This document shows positions 39,048 to 49,041 of a stretch of 64,000 nucleotides of DNA, one piece after another. The DNA is from Candidatus Aminicenantes bacterium (lineage in GTDB: Bacteria; Acidobacteriota; Aminicenantia; Aminicenantales; JAFGBC01). Under the pieces are notes generated by a model that saw only the letters and a list, made by a program, of their open reading frames with translations, did not search any database and was not told the DNA's origin. How positions within the stretch are numbered: the first letter of the stretch is position 1; every line of letters begins with the position of its first letter. Both the position numbers and the translations under genes were made by a program. The stretch lies in contig OY969696.1 in assembly GCA_963702005.1 (NCBI GenBank), positions 576,001 through 640,000 of the forward strand, written 5' to 3'.

Positions 39048-39283
39048 TTGACCCGTTCGCCGACGCTAGGCCCAGCCTTGCAGTGCTCATGGCTTTCATG
39101 AGTGTCGAGGGGTTGACCCGTTCGCCGAGGCTCAGGGTTAACCCCTATACAAGCCCCGGCGCTTCGCCTGTACTCATGAAGGCGCGCTAGCGGCCCATGA
39201 GTGCCGCCTGATGTCCGGGGTGCAGCCTTGCAGCACTCATACTAAGCCGAAAACGGCTTAGTATGGGTGTTGAGGGGTTGACA
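39048..39283. mobile_element. Two tandem family-B elements with nested hairpins
   Basis: TTGAC at 39048, 39113 and 39278 delimiting two CCGTTCGCCGA...GAGGGGTTGAC units. Confidence 0.75.
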
Positions 39284-39347
39284 GCCTCTGAGCATCGGCT
39301 TATTTTCAATAGGGAGCTAATCAATTAAAAGCCGGGAGGTAACAACA

Positions 39348-40073
39348 ATGAGAAGGAAGGTTTTGACCCTTGTCCTCCTGCTCGTATTCCCTCTGATCCT
39401 GTCATCGCAGGAGCGGCCGACGATCCCGACGGATGGGGCCGGCGCGCTCAGCTATGTGCCCGCGCTGGCGGTCCAGATGGTCGCGAGCGATGACACAGCC
39501 AGGAATACGGGAGTCATGGTTCTCGGCCTTTACCCCGCCCCCGGCGGATGGCCGTGGTCTTCGCAGCGGGGGATCGATCTTATCGCCCACTACGATATTA
39601 CCGTGGCCTTGAACGGAGTGCCCATCAGCACGGATTTGGTTGTGTTGGCCGTTTTAAAAAAAGATGAGGCACAACCGGTCAAAAAGAGCTTTCCCACAGA
39701 GAATTTGAAAACGACCCTCAAGGATGTCTCCGACAAATTCATCTGCATGGTTAGATGGTCGACATTGCCCGGGATTGGCGTCATGGACGTGTACTACATC
39801 GGTGAGCGCAAGAGAGAGTGGGTTGACGACTACCTCCTCGCCTTCTCTGCCGCCACAAAAGTCGGCGATAAATACGTGTGGGGCAGCAATACCCAAAAAC
39901 TCTGCGTCCTGGGCTGGTCCATGGGCACAAAAAACCTGTCGCTCAAATTGCCCGCCGGAGACCTTCTTTATACCTGGGAAGATCCCCTCGGGCCGTTCAA
40001 GAGTTCCGTCGAAGCGGTGCTGTGGCAAAGATTTTACCTGGGCTTGAAGATCCCTAATGCTTTCTTTCAATAG
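39348..40073 (+). CDS. Hypothetical exported protein
   Basis: GGAGG RBS, signal peptide, upstream TTGACA-17 bp-TATTTT; no family recognised. Confidence 0.7.
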   Translation: MRRKVLTLVLLLVFPLILSSQERPTIPTDGAGALSYVPALAVQMVASDDTARNTGVMVLGLYPAPGGWPWSSQRGIDLIAHYDITVALNGVPISTDLVVLAVLKKDEAQPVKKSFPTENLKTTLKDVSDKFICMVRWSTLPGIGVMDVYYIGERKREWVDDYLLAFSAATKVGDKYVWGSNTQKLCVLGWSMGTKNLSLKLPAGDLLYTWEDPLGPFKSSVEAVLWQRFYLGLKIPNAFFQ

Positions 40074-40110
40074 GGGCCGGGACGCGATCGAGGGCGGCCG
40101 CGTCGCCCGG

Positions 40111-41133
40111 TCAGAACAAGAAGGCCAATCCGATTCTCGCCTGGAGGCCTGAAAAGTTCAGGCCGAACTTCCGGACGCGGGACGCCGCGGAGCCTTCCGG
40201 CCAATAGTTGGTGGGGAATTCCGTTTCCAAATTCCCCCAGGGCGCGCTGATCGTTTCCTTCTTGAAGGCCCAGGCTCCCTCCCATCCGGTCTCCGCCTCT
40301 CCACGGACCTCCCGGCCCTTTCCTTTGATCGTCTTGACCGCCTGGGCGGTATAAGCGCCCTCCAAGAAAACCGCGAGCTTTTTTCCGACCGGGCACTGGA
40401 CCCGGGCGCCCAAGTCGGCGGCGAACCCCGTCCCTCGTCCCTTCTCCTCCAGGAGGCCCGTCAGGTGGCTGACGTCCCAGTCCATGCCATTCCCGCTCTT
40501 GTGCCAGGTGTATTCCCAGGAGGACGTATAATCGCAGTCGGCGAAGACGGGGCCAGCCGCCAGGAACGCTTCCAGAGTCAATCTCCGATAGACCGGCTTG
40601 GCGAAATGAACGCCGGCCAGAACGACCAGGGACTTGGACGACAGCAGGTAAGGACTATAAGCGACGGTCTCCCGGTCCTTGTATCCATCGGAATAGTCTC
40701 TTGTATAGACATATGTATAATCCGATTCCCGGCGGGCGTAGGACAATCGGACGCCGAGAGAGACCGCGAGCGGCTCGGAGAGCTTCAGGCGGACCCTCAG
40801 ACCCAGCGGGAAGGAGAGTCCGATCGTCCCGCGCGCCCCGGTCAGGCTCTTATCCCATCCGGCGATCAGCCCCGTCCGTCGTTGATAATCGAACAGGCGG
40901 TCGTAAAAGAATTCCTGTATGCCATTGTCGTAACCGGCCAGGCTGTTGAGGTCGGAAAGCCCGGCCTGGCCCAGTCCGCCGTAGAGCTCCAGCTGAAAGC
41001 GGGGCGACCGTCCGGCCTGTTGGCCGTCCGGTCGTCCGGTCGAGAACGCAGGCAGGACCGCCCCGAAGCCGAAGACAAGAAGACAAAGCGTCCGGACTCC
41101 CCAGTGCGCCGCCGATTTGCCGATTCCGCGCAT
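40111..41133 (-). CDS. Outer-membrane beta-barrel hypothetical protein
   Basis: Signal peptide, amphipathic strands, C-terminal ARIGLAFLF. Confidence 0.7.
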   Translation of the reverse strand: MRGIGKSAAHWGVRTLCLLVFGFGAVLPAFSTGRPDGQQAGRSPRFQLELYGGLGQAGLSDLNSLAGYDNGIQEFFYDRLFDYQRRTGLIAGWDKSLTGARGTIGLSFPLGLRVRLKLSEPLAVSLGVRLSYARRESDYTYVYTRDYSDGYKDRETVAYSPYLLSSKSLVVLAGVHFAKPVYRRLTLEAFLAAGPVFADCDYTSSWEYTWHKSGNGMDWDVSHLTGLLEEKGRGTGFAADLGARVQCPVGKKLAVFLEGAYTAQAVKTIKGKGREVRGEAETGWEGAWAFKKETISAPWGNLETEFPTNYWPEGSAASRVRKFGLNFSGLQARIGLAFLF

Positions 41134-41152
41134 CGCGCTTCTCCTTTGCTGT

Positions 41153-42871
41153 TCAGTCGACGACGAAGCCCATCTGCTTCAGCCAGGCGGCGACGTCCTG
41201 GAAGAACTCCACCGGCTGGGTCAGGGACACGGCGTGACAGCTCTTGTTGTAATAGGGAAAGCGGATGGTGCGCGTCCCGACGGCGGAGAGGCCGGGGAAG
41301 GCGTCCGGCCGATAGGACAATATGATTCGGCCCGGCCGGCTTTCTCCGTTTGCCGCGTCTTGGCTGACGAGCGCCGAGCTGAGGATGTCCGTGTACAGGG
41401 CCAGGCTGGGGGCGAAGGCCTTGGCGTAGACGACAAGATCGTAGGCGGCGTCGGTGACGAGCGTCTCAACGTGGACGATGTTTTTGAGAAACATCCGGCC
41501 GTAGCGAAGGTCGCTGGGATGCGCCTCGAAGCCCCGCGTCATGGCCACGTTGAAGACGTGAAAGGCCCAGTTCGCGTTGCCGTTGCTGCCGACGAAATAG
41601 CGGTCCCAGGGCCGGAGAGTTCCGAAGATCGCCGTCATGTCGCCGGGCTCCGCAAGCGTCCGCCGGGCTTCCCGGACGGCCGGGTCGATGAACAGGGCCC
41701 GGACCGACGCCGGGACGACGACATTCAGGCCTGTTTGATTCGTGTTCATATTGCTGTCGGCGACGCGGTAGGCCTGGGCCCGGGCAGACGCGTAGAATTG
41801 CGAAATCGCCGGAATATCGGCCCCGGTGACATGGACGAGGGTCGCAACCGTTCGGAGCAGGCGCCCGCCGTTGTTGAAAAAGCCGTCCAGCCAGCCTTCG
41901 GGCTTCACGTAGATGTAAGGGTCGCGGCCGACGGCCTGGAGGAAGGCGTAGCGGTCGGCATAGACGTCGGGGTTGTAAGGAATCCCCGTCTCTTGTCCGA
42001 TCAGGTACAGCTCCGAGCCGGGCCGGCGCAGCATCTCCTCGGTCACGCGCTCGCGATAGCCCCAGGGCACGGAGGGCTGGATGAGGATTTCGTGACCGAA
42101 CTGCCGGGCGATGATCTCGGGCGGAACGGTCCGGCCCCGGTAATCGGGGAAGACGGCCTCGAAATGGTCCTGGATCTCGGCCGCCAAGGCGGGATCCTGA
42201 AGCATTTCCCGGCCGTTGCCGTAGTCGGCGTAGTTCAGGAGGAGGTGAAAAAGGCAGGCCGCCCGGTCCCCGCCGTAGCTTTCGCCGACGATGACCACGC
42301 GGTTGGCGCGGAGGTCCGGATGCCGGGCCAGGAAGCGGAGGATGACGCGGATAAAATCGGCGGCGTCGAAGATGGGGTTGAAGTTCTGGGCGTTGAACTC
42401 CTGCCAGCGGGCCAGCTCATCGTCGACCCGCGACATGATGTTGTAGGAAAAGCCCGCCTCCCGGGCGTCGATATAGAGCAGGTTGCCGAGGCGCGTCCAG
42501 GGGACGGGGTTGGCGATGTAAACGTCCCCGCCGCCGCTTTCGACCCGGTTGTCGATCGTGAAGCGCCCGGTGTACATGCTCATCAAGCCGTAGCTCGTGG
42601 CGCTGCCGGGTCCGCCGTTGAAGAAGACGAACAGGGGTTTGTGCTCGGCATCCCGATCGGCGGCCTGGAAGCCGTAAAAAATCCGGGCCTCGGAGGAGCG
42701 CAGATCCAGCCTATTGAAATAGCTGCCGTAATGGAAGTAGAAGGAGATGGGCTCGACGGTCATGAAGCCCGCCTCGTTTCGGACATCGGCTCCGGATAGA
42801 AGCGGACCGCCGGCCGTTGCCGCAACGAGCAGGGTTAGGACGCCGATCCATCGCTTGACGGGATGTTCCAT
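41153..42871 (-). CDS. Exported serine carboxypeptidase S10-like protein
   Basis: KPLFVFFNGGPGS, LLYIDA..AGFSY, VGESYGG, late CHAV. Confidence 0.8.
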   Translation of the reverse strand: MEHPVKRWIGVLTLLVAATAGGPLLSGADVRNEAGFMTVEPISFYFHYGSYFNRLDLRSSEARIFYGFQAADRDAEHKPLFVFFNGGPGSATSYGLMSMYTGRFTIDNRVESGGGDVYIANPVPWTRLGNLLYIDAREAGFSYNIMSRVDDELARWQEFNAQNFNPIFDAADFIRVILRFLARHPDLRANRVVIVGESYGGDRAACLFHLLLNYADYGNGREMLQDPALAAEIQDHFEAVFPDYRGRTVPPEIIARQFGHEILIQPSVPWGYRERVTEEMLRRPGSELYLIGQETGIPYNPDVYADRYAFLQAVGRDPYIYVKPEGWLDGFFNNGGRLLRTVATLVHVTGADIPAISQFYASARAQAYRVADSNMNTNQTGLNVVVPASVRALFIDPAVREARRTLAEPGDMTAIFGTLRPWDRYFVGSNGNANWAFHVFNVAMTRGFEAHPSDLRYGRMFLKNIVHVETLVTDAAYDLVVYAKAFAPSLALYTDILSSALVSQDAANGESRPGRIILSYRPDAFPGLSAVGTRTIRFPYYNKSCHAVSLTQPVEFFQDVAAWLKQMGFVVD

Positions 42872-42912
42872 TTGCCCTCCTAAAAAGATGAATCCGGTTC
42901 TTTTCTTTCAGC

Positions 42913-42928
42913 AGCAAGACGCATGCCA
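42913..42928 (-). promoter_or_regulatory. Sigma54 (-24/-12) promoter
   Basis: Minus strand TGGCAT-GCGTC-TTGCT, about 40 nt upstream of the ATG. Confidence 0.6.
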
Positions 42929-43071
42929 GGCGCGATCACAGCCCCCCCCCGTCCCCAGGGGAGTGCTCCCCTCCGCAGGAATGCCGCGGCTGGGACAAGC
43001 GCCGGAAATGTAAATATTCTTTCACGCCTGCGGCGCCCGCCGATTTATAATAATAATCCAGGAGGACGGGA

Positions 43072-43842
43072 ATGAGCTCATTAAAAGATAAGGTCGTCTT
43101 CATCACGGGCGCCAGCTCGGGAATCGGGCGGTCGTGCGCCCGGGCCTTCGCCGCCGCCAAAGCGAGGATCCTGGTCTGTGCCCGGCGGTCCGAGCGTCTG
43201 GACAAGCTGGCCGCCGAACTCGAGAAGGAATTCGGCGTACCCGTCAATCATTTTCCTCTGGATGTCCGGAGCCGGCCGGCCGTCGAGAAGGCCGTCGCCG
43301 CGCTTCCGGCGGAGTGGCAAAGAATCGAGGTCCTCGTCAACAATGCCGGCCTCAGCCGCGGCTTGGACAAACTCGATCAGGGCCTCCCGTCCGATTGGGA
43401 AGAGATGATCGATACCAACGTCAAGGGGCTCCTCTACGTCAGCCGGGCCGTCGTTCCCGGGATGGTCGAGCGAGGGCGCGGCCACGTCATCAACATTGGC
43501 TCGGTCGCGGGCTATGACGTCTATCCCGGCGGCAACGTCTACTGCGCGACCAAGTTCGCGGTCCGGGCGCTCAGCAGGGGACTCCGCCTGGACCTGAACG
43601 GCACGCCGATCCGGGTCAGCGAGGTCGCGCCGGGCATGGTCGAGACCGAGTTCAGCCTCGTCCGCTTTCACGGCGACGGGGAACGCGCGGACAAGGTCTA
43701 CCAGGGTCTGGAACCGCTGACGCCCGACGACGTCGCCGAGGCCGTCGTCTGGTGCGCGACGCGCCCGGCCCGCGTCAACGTCAGCGAGCTCATCATTATG
43801 CCGACGGCCCAGGCCTCGGCGACGCTCGTTCACCGGAAATAA
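43072..43842 (+). CDS. SDR oxidoreductase (YdfG-like)
   Basis: TGASSGIG, NNAG, YCATK, PGMVETEFS. Confidence 0.92.
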   Translation: MSSLKDKVVFITGASSGIGRSCARAFAAAKARILVCARRSERLDKLAAELEKEFGVPVNHFPLDVRSRPAVEKAVAALPAEWQRIEVLVNNAGLSRGLDKLDQGLPSDWEEMIDTNVKGLLYVSRAVVPGMVERGRGHVINIGSVAGYDVYPGGNVYCATKFAVRALSRGLRLDLNGTPIRVSEVAPGMVETEFSLVRFHGDGERADKVYQGLEPLTPDDVAEAVVWCATRPARVNVSELIIMPTAQASATLVHRK

Positions 43843-43857
43843 GGGCGGAATATCGAA

Positions 43858-44586
43858 TTAGTGATTTTTAGCGGCATTCTTATGCGGGGGTGCGTCGAGG
43901 CGGCCACGTAGTTTGAGGTCATCGAAACATCCCGTGTCGTCGAACGATCCGACGCCGACCAGGCCGTGGCCAAGCGTTCGGTCGCGCGCGGTGAGGATCG
44001 GCGTCGCCATATCGTCCAGATAGGCGCGGATCTCCCCCGAGCGAGCGTCGCAGACGACCTTGAACTCGTGCCAAGCCGCGTCGGTCAGACGGAACGCGGA
44101 CAGCCCGGCGGGCTCGGCGTTGATCTTGATCCGGTCCGCGCCGTTGACGAGTCCGATGATGTTGTGGACGTCGTCGCTCGTCCCGGCGAAATGGACATAA
44201 CAAAAATGGGTTGGGTCCTGGAAGTGGAAGAAGATGCACATGTCCCGATATTTGTTGGCCGGGTCTGTGTAACAGCGCAGCCGCCCGCCGAATTCGAAAA
44301 ACGCTACATCGTGGCCGGACCACAGCGACCAGGACGTCGGGGCGCGAATCTTCCCCTGCTCACCGGGCGCGGTCAACTCATAAGCCGAATTTCCGCCCTT
44401 TTCGACGACGCGCCAGTGGGATGGGTCGCTCGGACGCCATTCCGCGGCCGTCCCGTTCTCGAAGTCGCAAGCCGAAAGGAGAGGAAGATCCGAGGCCTTT
44501 TGTTGGCGGGCGAAAATTCCCAAGACTGTTCCCAATAAACACGCCAGCCCGATAATAAGGAGGGCGCTTTTCTTTCCTATTTTCAT
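43858..44586 (-). CDS. Exported concanavalin-A/lectin-like domain protein
   Basis: N-terminal hydrophobic segment, DFENG, WHEFKV, G.VGVGSFDD...FDD. Confidence 0.6.
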   Translation of the reverse strand: MKIGKKSALLIIGLACLLGTVLGIFARQQKASDLPLLSACDFENGTAAEWRPSDPSHWRVVEKGGNSAYELTAPGEQGKIRAPTSWSLWSGHDVAFFEFGGRLRCYTDPANKYRDMCIFFHFQDPTHFCYVHFAGTSDDVHNIIGLVNGADRIKINAEPAGLSAFRLTDAAWHEFKVVCDARSGEIRAYLDDMATPILTARDRTLGHGLVGVGSFDDTGCFDDLKLRGRLDAPPHKNAAKNH

Positions 44587-44650
44587 GGAATCCCCTTCCC
44601 GGCGCCTCGCGACCTTCGCCGCTGGGAGGGTGGCGCGCCTTTGCCGCCTC

Positions 44651-45643
44651 TCAACAGATTTCTCCGTCGCGATAGTCCGGACGCATCCAGGGCAGATGGC
44701 TCCCGGCGAAAACAGGCTCGAGCTTGACAGCGAGCTTCTTCATGTCCTCGGGAGCGAGCGGCCGGAAATTCCTGAGAAGCGCGGCATTTTTGCGGACGAC
44801 CTCGACGCTGTCCGTCCCGACGACGGCGGAATGGACGCGGGGAAGACTGAGGGCGTAGCGCAATAAGTCCTCGGCGGCGATGTCCTTCACGGTCTCGCGC
44901 GGCCGGATGGACTTGATGATCATGACCCCCATGGCGCGGTCCGCGGCCGCGGGGATGGCGCCTCCCTCGAAGTCGCCCTTGCGCTCCTGGTAATGGTTGA
45001 GGGCGATCAGCATCGTGTCGAGGTCGAAGCGGCGGGCGGCCTCGGCCATCGCCGCGGCATCGAGGTGGCCGCTGAAGCCTATGAACTTCGCGACTTTTTG
45101 CTCTCGGATCTTTCGCAGGGCTTCGAGGGCGCCGCCCGGCGCGCCGATCGTATCCAGATCCTTGAGGGATTCGATGGCATGGATCTGGTAAATATCAAGA
45201 TGATCGGTTTGCAGCCGCTTCAGGCTTTCCTCGAGCTGCCGCATGACCCCGTCGTAGGTCCGTTCCTCGAACTTCGTCGCCAGGAAAACTTCTTGGCGGC
45301 GGTCTTTCAGCACCATCCCCAGCCGCTCCTCGCTGACGATGTCCTTGTTGCGGTAATTGTTGGCCGTGTCCCAGTAATAGAATCCGTTGTCGAGCGCGGC
45401 GTGGAGGATTTCGAGGGCCCGGTCAAGGTTCTCGACGGCGCAGAAGCGGCTTCCCAATCCGATACCGATCCGGGGAACCACGGCGCCGGTCTTTCCCAGG
45501 ACCGCGGTCGGGAGACCCTTAGCGTCGTATCCCTGTTTCGGTCCGCTCCCGACAAGGTCTCCGGCGGAAACGGACTTCACGGCCGCAGCGGTCGCGGCGA
45601 TCGTTTTGAGAAAAGTGCGGCGCGGCATACGCGGACGGTTCAT
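44651..45643 (-). CDS. Tat-exported aldo/keto reductase
   Basis: PRRTFLK; LGKTG, WDTANNY, FLATK, SLKRLQTDHLD...H, IGFSGH. Confidence 0.9.
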   Translation of the reverse strand: MNRPRMPRRTFLKTIAATAAAVKSVSAGDLVGSGPKQGYDAKGLPTAVLGKTGAVVPRIGIGLGSRFCAVENLDRALEILHAALDNGFYYWDTANNYRNKDIVSEERLGMVLKDRRQEVFLATKFEERTYDGVMRQLEESLKRLQTDHLDIYQIHAIESLKDLDTIGAPGGALEALRKIREQKVAKFIGFSGHLDAAAMAEAARRFDLDTMLIALNHYQERKGDFEGGAIPAAADRAMGVMIIKSIRPRETVKDIAAEDLLRYALSLPRVHSAVVGTDSVEVVRKNAALLRNFRPLAPEDMKKLAVKLEPVFAGSHLPWMRPDYRDGEIC

Positions 45644-45748
45644 GGCTCTTCCCTCCTTGAATTCATGGACGCAGCAGGTTACAGATAAATCGATTTTAAA
45701 GTGAAACTGCTATGAAATCAATGTTTAGTCGCACCCTGTCGGCTCGAA

Positions 45749-45777
45749 TTGACATCCATCGCTTCCCGATCTATCAT
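45749..45777 (+). promoter_or_regulatory. Sigma70 promoter
   Basis: TTGACA-17 bp-TATCAT. Confidence 0.6.
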
Positions 45778-45792
45778 CCATGCAGACCTTCA

Positions 45793-45843
45793 TTTTCAAT
45801 CCCCTTCGCGGGATCCCACGGACGTAAGTCCGTGGAGCTTCAG
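45793..45843. repeat. Family D element in the 5' leader of the beta-helix gene
   Basis: Near-identical to 23209-23258; hairpin CCACGGAC-GTAA-GTCCGTGG. Confidence 0.8.
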
Positions 45844-45863
45844 TAAATGAACGGAGGAAAAGG

Positions 45864-47729
45864 ATGAGAGGGTCAATTTATTCCAACAGGGCTTTGTTCG
45901 GCTTCATCGCCGTTTTGGGCCTTGGCCAGTTGCTCGCGGCCGCGCCTTCGAAGATCACCGAGGTCAAAACCTACGGCAACTTCGAGACGGCGGGAATCAT
46001 CATCAAAGTCGTGGGAATGGACTTCGACGAGTCGGCCAAGATCGAGTACAGGAAGTCGGGAGAGACGACCTACCGGGGGGGGCACGACTTTGTCCGGTAC
46101 GACGGGAATCACATGGCGACGAGCCTATTCGGACTCGACTTGGCAAGCACTTATGAGCTCAAGGTAACCCTCGTCGATCCGGACGGCACGTCGGGCGCTA
46201 ATCCCGTGGTTTCGTCGGTCAAGACCAAGAAGGAATACGCCCTGCCGAAGCCTCTCAGGGTCGTTAAAGTGTCGAATCAAACTCAACTCGATGCCGCGCT
46301 CAACAAGGCGAAACCGGGCGATGAAATCAGGCTCGCCGCCGGCACCTACGCCAAGGGCATGCACATTTACGGCGCTAAGTCCGGGACGGCGGCGAACCCC
46401 ATCACGGTCACATCACAGGGCACCTCCAAGCCCCTGATCAAGGGAACAAACGACGGAGGGATCGAGCTCGAGGGCGTAAGCTACTACATTTTCAATAATC
46501 TGGAGGTCCACAACGAAGCGGGAAATGGAATCGGCATGAGAGGCTGCCATGACATGGTCGTGCGGAAATGCTACGTGCACGACAGCCAGCCCGGAGACTA
46601 TACATGCAACATCTTCATCCAGCACGGCGAGGAGGCGTCGCCCGCCTACGCCGGGAATTATCTGATCATCGACAACAAGATCGGGGATGACAAACACGAC
46701 ACGGTGGACGAGAACCAGGGGCCGGGGCCGAGCAACGTCAATGTCCCGGGCCAGTCCTATTTCGGGATTTGCGTGGCCTACCAGCCGGGAGCCTTCCTCA
46801 CGATTCGAGGGAACACGATTTACGGGACCGTGGATGGGATCCACTGCTGCGGGGATGAAGGGGGATCTCCCGTTCTGGGACCCGACGATGACAACTTGCT
46901 CGACACCTGGCGGGATCAGAACTTGGATCTCTACGACAACGTCATCTACGACTGCAAGGACGACGCGATCGAATGCGACGGGCACATGGTCAACGGCCGG
47001 ATCTTCCGGAACCGGCTCGGCAAGTGCGAGAACGCCTTCAGTACGGCGCCCTTCTATCCGGGCCCGCTCTTCGTGCTCAGGAATTTCGCCCACGGATTCC
47101 ATCAGGGCTGCTTCAAGCAGAACACGGGCGTCGAAGGCATCACCCGAAACGTCCTTATCTACCACAACACGTTCATGGAGAAAACGAGGGGCGCCACGGC
47201 GCATTGCGGCGACGAGTATTGCCTGTACCGGGGTGAGCCGGCGCTTCAGCAGAATTTCGTCTACAAGAACAATATTTTCTATGCCCGCGGCCGGGTCTAC
47301 AACGGGGACATGTATACGGAAGACAATTACCATAAGAACGATGCTTTCGACTACAACCTGATGTACAGCACGCGTCAAACGGATAAGACGGTAGCTTACA
47401 AGTGGGTTTGCTCCTATGGCGATCCGCTCAACAACACCCGATATAATAACTTGTCGGCCTTCCGAGCGGCCGTCAAGCAGGAGAAGAACGGAAAATGGGG
47501 CGATCCGAAGCTCCTCACCAGCCTGCTTAAGGGATATCCCAAGAATTCCAAGCTCCTGGATCTCAGGCTCCAGTCGGGCTCGCCCGCGATCGATTCGGGG
47601 GTCCCGATACCCGGGATTAACGACGATTACGCGGGAAAGGCGCCCGACATCGGCGCCTGGGAATGGGGGACGTCCGGGGCCAAGCGAGGCGCCGATCCGG
47701 GCCGGCGAGCCCGCCCCCAGAGGGATTGA
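45864..47729 (+). CDS. Secreted right-handed beta-helix (pectin lyase-like) protein
   Basis: Signal peptide, PGDEIRLAAGTY, SGTAANPITV, N.I/N..Y repeats, SPAIDSG..IPGIND...APDIGAWE tail. Confidence 0.8.
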   Translation: MRGSIYSNRALFGFIAVLGLGQLLAAAPSKITEVKTYGNFETAGIIIKVVGMDFDESAKIEYRKSGETTYRGGHDFVRYDGNHMATSLFGLDLASTYELKVTLVDPDGTSGANPVVSSVKTKKEYALPKPLRVVKVSNQTQLDAALNKAKPGDEIRLAAGTYAKGMHIYGAKSGTAANPITVTSQGTSKPLIKGTNDGGIELEGVSYYIFNNLEVHNEAGNGIGMRGCHDMVVRKCYVHDSQPGDYTCNIFIQHGEEASPAYAGNYLIIDNKIGDDKHDTVDENQGPGPSNVNVPGQSYFGICVAYQPGAFLTIRGNTIYGTVDGIHCCGDEGGSPVLGPDDDNLLDTWRDQNLDLYDNVIYDCKDDAIECDGHMVNGRIFRNRLGKCENAFSTAPFYPGPLFVLRNFAHGFHQGCFKQNTGVEGITRNVLIYHNTFMEKTRGATAHCGDEYCLYRGEPALQQNFVYKNNIFYARGRVYNGDMYTEDNYHKNDAFDYNLMYSTRQTDKTVAYKWVCSYGDPLNNTRYNNLSAFRAAVKQEKNGKWGDPKLLTSLLKGYPKNSKLLDLRLQSGSPAIDSGVPIPGINDDYAGKAPDIGAWEWGTSGAKRGADPGRRARPQRD

Positions 47730-47784
47730 GGCCTAGTTCGGCCCCGGTCATCATCCAGGGCGGAAATATCGTCAAGGGAAAAAT

Positions 47785-49008
47785 CTAACGGCGGCCGGAA
47801 GCGAGGCGGGCGGCCTCGGGGAGGCGGCGGAGGCGGGCCATGGCCCAGACGCCGACGGCCGGCCCGAGCGCCAGAAACGCGAAAGCATATCGCCAACCGA
47901 TACGATTAACGAGCGCGGGGATCAGCCTAATCGTGACCATCGTCAGAAGGAATCCGAGGCTTGTCTGAATCGCCAGAGCCGTCCCCGTGTACTCGGGGCG
48001 GCAGAGCTCGCTAAGCCCCGCGGAAAACTGGGCTGAGTCGGCGACCACGGCGAAGCCCCAAACGAGACAAACGGCCGTCAGTACGGCCGGGCTTGCGCCG
48101 AATAGAAACCCGACCGCGATCGAGCAGGCGCCGCTCGTGATCAATGCCGCGATCGTCACGGCCGGGCGTCCGATCCTGTCGGCGAGTTTGCCCGCGATGA
48201 TGCTGCCCAAACCTCCGGCTGCGATTACTGCAAACGCGGCGATGGCTGCGGCTTTGGCACCGACACCCGCCGCGGCGTAGCTTGCCGCGAGAAACGCGGG
48301 AACCCAGGTCCACATGGCGTAAAGCTCCCACATATGGCCGAGGTAGCCGAGGTTGACAAGGGCGGTGGCCCTCTCGCGCCAGATCCGTCCGGCGTATCTC
48401 CAGTTCAGGCGCGGAGACGGGCTTTTATAAGGACCCTCTTTGATCAGAAATTCCGCGATCAAGCTCGAGACGGCCGCCAGGCCGGCAGAAACCAAGAGAA
48501 CGAGCCTCCAGTCCGAAGCGGAACCAAAGACGCGTATGAGATGAGGCGAGGCCGAGCCGATCGTCAGCGCGCCCACTAAGAGGCCGATTCCAAATCCGCG
48601 GTCATCCTTCGTCCAGGTCGCCATGATCTTCATGCCGACCGGATAGACTCCTGCCATGAAGACGCCGGTCAGGAACCTGAGAACCAGGGCGGGTGCAAGT
48701 CCCTCGACAAAGGCCGGCAGGGCGGCCGTGGCCAGCGCCCCCATCAGGGCCGAGACCGCGAACAAGCTGTGGGCCGGCATTCTATCGGGCAAGTTCAGGA
48801 TGGAAGCGGCCAGGGTTCCGGCCACGAACCCGAGTTGGACGGACATGGTCAGCCAGGCACGTCCCGCTTCCGATAAACCCCAGGCGGCCGACAAGCTTGA
48901 GACGACCGCCGACGCTGAAAACCAGACCGCCATGGCCAGGAGCTCGGCCAGACAGAGCATGAATATCATGCGCGTTTTTCGTGCGCCGGCATCCCCGAAC
49001 CGCGGCAT
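47785..49008 (-). CDS. MFS transporter (start uncertain: 49008 or 48969)
   Basis: About 12 hydrophobic segments, LRFLTG, GKLADRIGR, HMWELYAMW. Confidence 0.88.
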   Translation of the reverse strand: MPRFGDAGARKTRMIFMLCLAELLAMAVWFSASAVVSSLSAAWGLSEAGRAWLTMSVQLGFVAGTLAASILNLPDRMPAHSLFAVSALMGALATAALPAFVEGLAPALVLRFLTGVFMAGVYPVGMKIMATWTKDDRGFGIGLLVGALTIGSASPHLIRVFGSASDWRLVLLVSAGLAAVSSLIAEFLIKEGPYKSPSPRLNWRYAGRIWRERATALVNLGYLGHMWELYAMWTWVPAFLAASYAAAGVGAKAAAIAAFAVIAAGGLGSIIAGKLADRIGRPAVTIAALITSGACSIAVGFLFGASPAVLTAVCLVWGFAVVADSAQFSAGLSELCRPEYTGTALAIQTSLGFLLTMVTIRLIPALVNRIGWRYAFAFLALGPAVGVWAMARLRRLPEAARLASGRR

Positions 49009-49041
49009 TATTTGATAATCTTAACACGGATCTGGATCATT

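Noticed and set aside
39048-39283. CRISPR array
   Set aside because: Only two unequal units, no regular repeat-spacer period, no cas genes; units match dispersed family-B elements.
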